DNA from: Kyrpidia sp.
GTDB taxonomy: Bacteria > Bacillota > Bacilli > Kyrpidiales > Kyrpidiaceae
Assembly (NCBI GenBank): GCA_029960885.1
Contig: JASBVV010000046.1
Location: 105,895 to 169,894 of the forward strand
Direction of reading: 5' to 3'
Length of the DNA stretch: 64,000 nucleotides
The notes beneath the pieces are model-generated. The model was given only the letters and a program-made list of their open reading frames with translations. It made no database searches and was not told the DNA's origin. Position numbers and translations under genes: made by a program. Below are positions 59,326 to 64,000 of this stretch, in pieces (position 1 is the stretch's first letter; the number at the start of each line of letters is the position of its first letter).

Positions 59326-61380
59326 ATGTCCATGGGCAAGCCCTTCCTCGGCGTGCAGATCCTGGCCCGGGATGTGGAAGCGACCCTCCTCCGCTGTCTG
59401 GAAAGCACCCGCCGGGTGGCGGACGAGTGGATCGTGGTGGACACCGGGTCCCGGGACCGGACGGTGGAACTCGCCCGGGCTTTCGGTGCCGAGGTCGTTC
59501 AAGTCCCGTGGGAGGACGATTTCTCCAAAGCCCGCAACGCCGGTCTTGCCCGCGCAAGGGCCGAATGGGTGCTGTGCATCGACGCCGACGAAGAGCTGAC
59601 CGACGCCGATCCGGCCTGGTTGGACGTCCTGCGCAACACCGATGCGGACAGCTTTTGGATGGTCATTGAAAATGTCCTTGGACCGGAATCCACGGACCGG
59701 TTGTTTCATCGGGCCCTGCGCCTCTTCCGCCGAAGGCCGGGAGTGGCCTTCCGCGGGCGGATCCACGAAGAGGTGGCGCCTTCCACTCCCCGCTCACCGG
59801 AGAACCGGGGACTGCAGACGTGTCCGTGGCGGATCGTGCACTGCGGGTACCGCCCCGAAGTCCTGCTTCACCGAGACAAAGCGCGCCGCAACCTTCATCT
59901 TCTCCGCCTCGCCCTTCGGGATCGTCCCCAGGACCCCTTTTATCTCTATCAGATCGGAGTCACCTGGTGTCAGTTGGGACGTCTCGACAAAGCGGCCCGG
60001 TGGATGACCCGGGCGGTGACCCTCACACCCCCAGGGGCCCCCTACCGGCCCACCCTATTCCGAGACCTGGGAATGGTTTGGCTGGCCCTGGGAAGGTTCC
60101 GGGAGATCGAGTTGACCCTGCGGCCGGAGTTGGAACGGTACCCGGATTACGCCGACCTGCACGTGATCTTCGCCGACGCCCTCCGGGCCCAGGGGTTTTG
60201 GGAGGAGGCGGTGGACGCATACCTTCGGGCCGCCTCATGTCCTCCATCCGATCAATACGTCCACAGTATCGGGACCAACAGCTTCCGCCCCCTCCACGCG
60301 GCGGCAGAACTGTACCTGGAGATGGAGCGATGGGAGGAAGCCGAGCGGCTGGCGCGCCGGGCTGTGGCTGCGTCTCCGGGCTGGGAACCGGCCTTGTTGA
60401 CCCTGGCCGAGATCCTGGTGGCCCGGGGTTTGGCAGACAGCGACATCGTCATCGAACTGGCGCCTTTCGCGGGAAAACCGCCCGATCGGCGGCTTCTGGT
60501 CCGGACTCTTGCATACATCGGGGCCGACCAAGCAGCCCTGGACCTGCTTGAGAGGAACGGCGGACAACCGGGGGAGGAGGAAGAGCGGACTCTCCGCATT
60601 CGCTGCCTGATGGGCACTGGACGATATGGGGAGGCCTGTCGGGAAATGGAAGTGCGGTTTCACCAGGACAACCCGGGATCTTCTCGCCCAACCGAGGAGG
60701 TGATGGATTTTGCCCTAGCCCGGTGGGCTGAGGACCTGCCGCTTCCGCACCGTTTTTACTCTCATCTCGACGACCGCCTCCGGCCCGTCTACGATGGTTT
60801 GGATCGATGGATGGCCGGCGACATTCGGGCGATCTCGAAAATGGCCAACGTCATCGGCCCGGGCCGGGACGTCGTCTGTGCCCTGATCGAGCGGGCGGTG
60901 CACCTTCATCTTCTCCCCACGGCCGAGCGTTTGACCACCCTGCCCTGGGGACCCTTCGGTCTTACCCTGGCCAAGGCCCTGTACCGGGAGGGGTTCGTCT
61001 ACCCCGCCGCCGACCGGATGCTCGATCTGCTGGCCCGCCGGGAATTGGATGCCGAAGGAATCTATCTGCTTGGGGAACTCCTCTACGACAAAGGCCACTG
61101 GGATCGGGCGGCGGAGCTGTTTGAACAGAGCCTGGCCCTGGGCTTCCCTCATGCCCGGGCCGCGGCCGCGGCGGCCGCCATCCAATCGGCCCGCGAGATG
61201 CTGGAAGAAGCGGCGGCGCAACATCCCGAGCCCGGGAGGTTTGCGGAAGAGCGAGATGCCCTTGAGAAGGCGGTCCGGCTTTTGAACGGTTTGGGGTGGC
61301 ATACCCGGTGGCGCGGCCGAGGAAGGAGGAACCGGCGTGAATCGACCGCGGATCTCCCTCTGTATGATCGTCAAAAATGA
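59326..61380 (+). CDS. GT2 + TPR glycosyltransferase
   Basis: VDTGSRDRT, WEDDFSKARN, IDADE, FRGRIHE and HCGY motifs, then TPR-like helices. Confidence 0.9.
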   Translation: MSMGKPFLGVQILARDVEATLLRCLESTRRVADEWIVVDTGSRDRTVELARAFGAEVVQVPWEDDFSKARNAGLARARAEWVLCIDADEELTDADPAWLDVLRNTDADSFWMVIENVLGPESTDRLFHRALRLFRRRPGVAFRGRIHEEVAPSTPRSPENRGLQTCPWRIVHCGYRPEVLLHRDKARRNLHLLRLALRDRPQDPFYLYQIGVTWCQLGRLDKAARWMTRAVTLTPPGAPYRPTLFRDLGMVWLALGRFREIELTLRPELERYPDYADLHVIFADALRAQGFWEEAVDAYLRAASCPPSDQYVHSIGTNSFRPLHAAAELYLEMERWEEAERLARRAVAASPGWEPALLTLAEILVARGLADSDIVIELAPFAGKPPDRRLLVRTLAYIGADQAALDLLERNGGQPGEEEERTLRIRCLMGTGRYGEACREMEVRFHQDNPGSSRPTEEVMDFALARWAEDLPLPHRFYSHLDDRLRPVYDGLDRWMAGDIRAISKMANVIGPGRDVVCALIERAVHLHLLPTAERLTTLPWGPFGLTLAKALYREGFVYPAADRMLDLLARRELDAEGIYLLGELLYDKGHWDRAAELFEQSLALGFPHARAAAAAAAIQSAREMLEEAAAQHPEPGRFAEERDALEKAVRLLNGLGWHTRWRGRGRRNRRESTADLPLYDRQK

Positions 61381-62767
61381 GGCGGCCAACCTCGAAGCCT
61401 GTCTCCGGAGCGCCCGGGAAGCCGTGGACGAAATGATCGTGGTGGACACCGGCTCGGATGACGGCACCGGGGACCTGGCCCGCCGGCTCGGCGCCACTGT
61501 CATCGACGAACCGTGGTGCGATGATTTCGCCCGGGCGCGCAACGCCGGGCTGGACCGGGCCCGGGGAGAATGGATTCTGGTGTTGGACGCTGACGAGATC
61601 TTGGAACACGGCGGTTCGGAACGGCTGAGAACCGTCGTGCGGAGTGAAGATGGAGAGGCGGTGTTGCTGCAAATCTGCCACGAGCCGGGTCCCGGACAGG
61701 GGATTGCCGTGATCAATCCGGTGGTGCGCCTGTTTCGCAATCGGCCGGAATACCGCTTTGAGGGCCGGATTCACGAACAGATCGCGCCGTCGATCTGCCG
61801 GGCCCGGCCCGATGCCGGCTTTGTCGTCAGCGACATCCGCATTCGCCATCTCGGCTATCATCCCGACGTCGTGACGACCCGGAACAAAATCGCCCGCAAC
61901 CTCCGGCTGTTGCAGCAGGAGCTCCGAGACAATCCCGAGCAGCCCTTTCACTGGTACAACCTGGGCGTCGAGTACGTGCGCGCGGGCGACCTCCCCAGGG
62001 CCCTCCCCTGCTTCCGCAAAGCCCGGCACGGAATGAGCCCGGAGGTGACGCCGTGGGCGCATCTGTTGTACAAAGTCGAAGCTCGGTGCCTGTACGCCGC
62101 CGGACGCCGGGACGAAGCCCTGGCCCTTTTCCGGGAAGGGCTGCGCCTGTTTTCCGGATACACCGATTTGTACTATTGGTATGGGTTGTTCCTCCTGGAT
62201 GCGGGCCGGTGGGAAGCCGGCACGCGACTTCTTCGAAAGGCGGTGGAGTTGGGCCCGGCTTCTCCGGCGTTCCATCGGGAGGAAGGGACCGGGACATACC
62301 TTCCCTGCTTCGCCCTGGGGATCGCCGCCGAGCGGCTGCGGGTGTTCGACGCCGCCCTGACCTGGTACGAAGCCGCCTTGGCGCACGAACCGAGGCTGTG
62401 GCCCGCCCTGGCCCGGATCGCCGCCATTCTCTATGTGACCGAAGGAAAGGCTGCGGTGGCCCGGTTCTTGGAAAGCCGGGTGGCCCCCGCCGATCCGGAA
62501 TCCGCCCGGACGCTGACCGTTCTTCTGCACCGGAGGGACGGCCGCCGGACGGCGCAGCTGCCGGGCCCGACGCCCTCGGCTGAAACGGCCTCGAAAGGGA
62601 AACTCTCCACAACTGCCGAAGCCGACCTGGCGGCCCCGCGCCTGGCCGACGCGGACGAACATCTCATGGGCCTGATGGGCACCGCACCCTTCGATCCGTT
62701 GATCACGGCGGTGCGCTTGGAGATATCCCGGCTGCGAATCGGGGAGGTGTGCCGACATGTCCTTTAA
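61337..62767 (+). CDS. GT2 + TPR glycosyltransferase
   Basis: ISLCMIVKNE, VDTGSDDGT, DDFARARN, LDADE, FEGRIHEQ and HLGY motifs, then TPRs. Confidence 0.92.
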   Translation: MNRPRISLCMIVKNEAANLEACLRSAREAVDEMIVVDTGSDDGTGDLARRLGATVIDEPWCDDFARARNAGLDRARGEWILVLDADEILEHGGSERLRTVVRSEDGEAVLLQICHEPGPGQGIAVINPVVRLFRNRPEYRFEGRIHEQIAPSICRARPDAGFVVSDIRIRHLGYHPDVVTTRNKIARNLRLLQQELRDNPEQPFHWYNLGVEYVRAGDLPRALPCFRKARHGMSPEVTPWAHLLYKVEARCLYAAGRRDEALALFREGLRLFSGYTDLYYWYGLFLLDAGRWEAGTRLLRKAVELGPASPAFHREEGTGTYLPCFALGIAAERLRVFDAALTWYEAALAHEPRLWPALARIAAILYVTEGKAAVARFLESRVAPADPESARTLTVLLHRRDGRRTAQLPGPTPSAETASKGKLSTTAEADLAAPRLADADEHLMGLMGTAPFDPLITAVRLEISRLRIGEVCRHVL

Positions 62768-64000
62768 CATTTCCCTGTGCATGGTGATCCGGGATGAAGA
62801 GCGCTTCCTGAGCCGTTGTCTGGCATCCGCCGCCCCATACGTATCGGAGATCGTCGTGGTGGATACCGGATCTGCGGATCGGAGCCGGGAGATCGCCGCC
62901 TCTTTCGGAGCCCGGATCCTGACCATCCCATGGGAGGACGATTTTTCCCAGGCGCGCAACGCCGGCCTGGAAGCGGCCCGGATGCCCTGGATCCTGGTCT
63001 TGGACGCGGACGAGGTGCTCGTTCCCCCGGATCCGCACCACCTGGAAACTCTCCTGGCCGACCCCGGGGTTCAGGGCTATTTTGTCCAGATCCGCCATCG
63101 GATCGGGGATGGGTCCTCAGGCGAGTATGTGGTCGACGCCGCCTGCCGGCTGTTTCGGAATGACCCGGCCATCCGGTTTCAGGGAACGATCCACGAAGAA
63201 GTGGTTTCCGCCATCCGCGCCCATCACGGGGACCTGGTCAAATTCTCCGAGCTGGTCCTCTGGCACGACGGGTACCTGGATGCGGTGATCGCCGAAAAAA
63301 AGAAAGGCGAACGGAACAAGGCCATTTTGCGAAAGGCGTTGGAATCGCGCCCGGATGACCCGGTGCTGCTCTACGCCTGGGGAACGGAACATTTCCAACA
63401 GGGCGCCTATCCCGAGGCCTTGGCCGCTTTCGAGCGGGCACTGACCCTGGCGCCGGTTTTCTCGGGGTACACCTCGGACCTGGCGCTGAAAACCGCGTAC
63501 TGTCTGCGGGAACTCGGGCGGCGGCAGGAGGCGGCCGGGCTGCTCCAGCAGGCAGCCACGTTGTACCCCGACTTTGTCGATCTTCTGGAATGGCGGGCGG
63601 TCCTGCACCTGGACGACGACCGGGCGGACCGGGCTCTGCCCCTCCTCCGGCAATGCTTGCAGATGGGGCCCTGCGATGGCCGGTACAGTTCCGCCTCCGG
63701 GGCGGGCACGTACCGAAGTCACTATCTGGCCGGCGTCTGCTGCGAGCGGCTGTGGCTGTGGGAGGAGGCTGTGGAACATTACCGGGCCGCTCTGCGGATC
63801 CGACCCGGTTACGCACCCGCCTGGCTCCGCCTGGCCGAATTGGCCCTGCTGCTCGATCGCCGGGAGATGTGGAGCGAGCTTGTCCCTCTGACGGCCGGTT
63901 CGGAAAAGCCGCCCCGGTGGTTGAACACCTCTGTCCGGAGGCGCTGGCCGAAGGAGTGGCAGATCGCATGGGACCGGCGGCTCGGCCTCTCCCGACCCGG
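62757..64000 (+). CDS. GT2 + TPR glycosyltransferase, 3' end outside the window
   Basis: Read manually: MSFNISLCMVIRDEE, VDTGSADRS, WEDDFSQARN, LDADE, FQGTIHE and HDGY motifs; frame appears open to the window end. Confidence 0.88.
   Translation, partial: MSFNISLCMVIRDEERFLSRCLASAAPYVSEIVVVDTGSADRSREIAASFGARILTIPWEDDFSQARNAGLEAARMPWILVLDADEVLVPPDPHHLETLLADPGVQGYFVQIRHRIGDGSSGEYVVDAACRLFRNDPAIRFQGTIHEEVVSAIRAHHGDLVKFSELVLWHDGYLDAVIAEKKKGERNKAILRKALESRPDDPVLLYAWGTEHFQQGAYPEALAAFERALTLAPVFSGYTSDLALKTAYCLRELGRRQEAAGLLQQAATLYPDFVDLLEWRAVLHLDDDRADRALPLLRQCLQMGPCDGRYSSASGAGTYRSHYLAGVCCERLWLWEEAVEHYRAALRIRPGYAPAWLRLAELALLLDRREMWSELVPLTAGSEKPPRWLNTSVRRRWPKEWQIAWDRRLGLSRP

Noticed and set aside
60962-62959. 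665-aa minus-strand ORF
   Set aside because: Antisense shadow of the TPR glycosyltransferases

Overview
This is a GC-rich chromosomal segment of an endospore-forming Bacillota. Gene content, GC and codon style suggest Kyrpidia/Alicyclobacillaceae (inference, not a database result). 1-13.5 kb: sigma54 activator (BkdR-like, cut by the window edge), YqzF-like protein, Moco genes (mogA/moaB-like, moaC, moeB/thiF), plsC-like gene, MFS transporter, cysK, peroxiredoxin plus redoxin, hemQ, MOSC protein, RlmI-like methyltransferase and Na/Pi symporter. 13.5-44.7 kb is the conserved Bacilli backbone, mostly on the minus strand: yqeG-yqeH-aroE-nadD-yqeK-rsfS, leuS, comEA-comEC, holA, rpsT, gpr-spoIIP, and lepA-hemW-CIRCE-hrcA-grpE-dnaK-dnaJ-prmA-rsmE-mtaB. 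Local deviations from that backbone: frameshifted prmA followed by an inserted hydrolase; a ku / secreted protein / NDH-2 block between comEC and holA, with ku overlapping comEC head-on; a ComEC whose beta-lactamase-like domain has lost its motifs; and a highly structured leuS leader with a terminator but no canonical T-box. 44.8-64 kb holds a class B PBP, then a ~17 kb accessory locus that runs off the window. It looks like a collagen-free spore-surface protein glycosylation system: a CsxC-like Pro-Thr protein, a nucleotide-sugar pathway, 7 glycosyltransferases (3 with TPRs), two DUF6385-like proteins (one with 21-aa Thr/Ser repeats) and an embedded membrane di-iron/flavoprotein trio. I saw no rRNA, tRNA, CRISPR array or transposase. 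Start codons were adjusted by eye using RBS and family N-termini; all family calls are from motif recognition, not searches.
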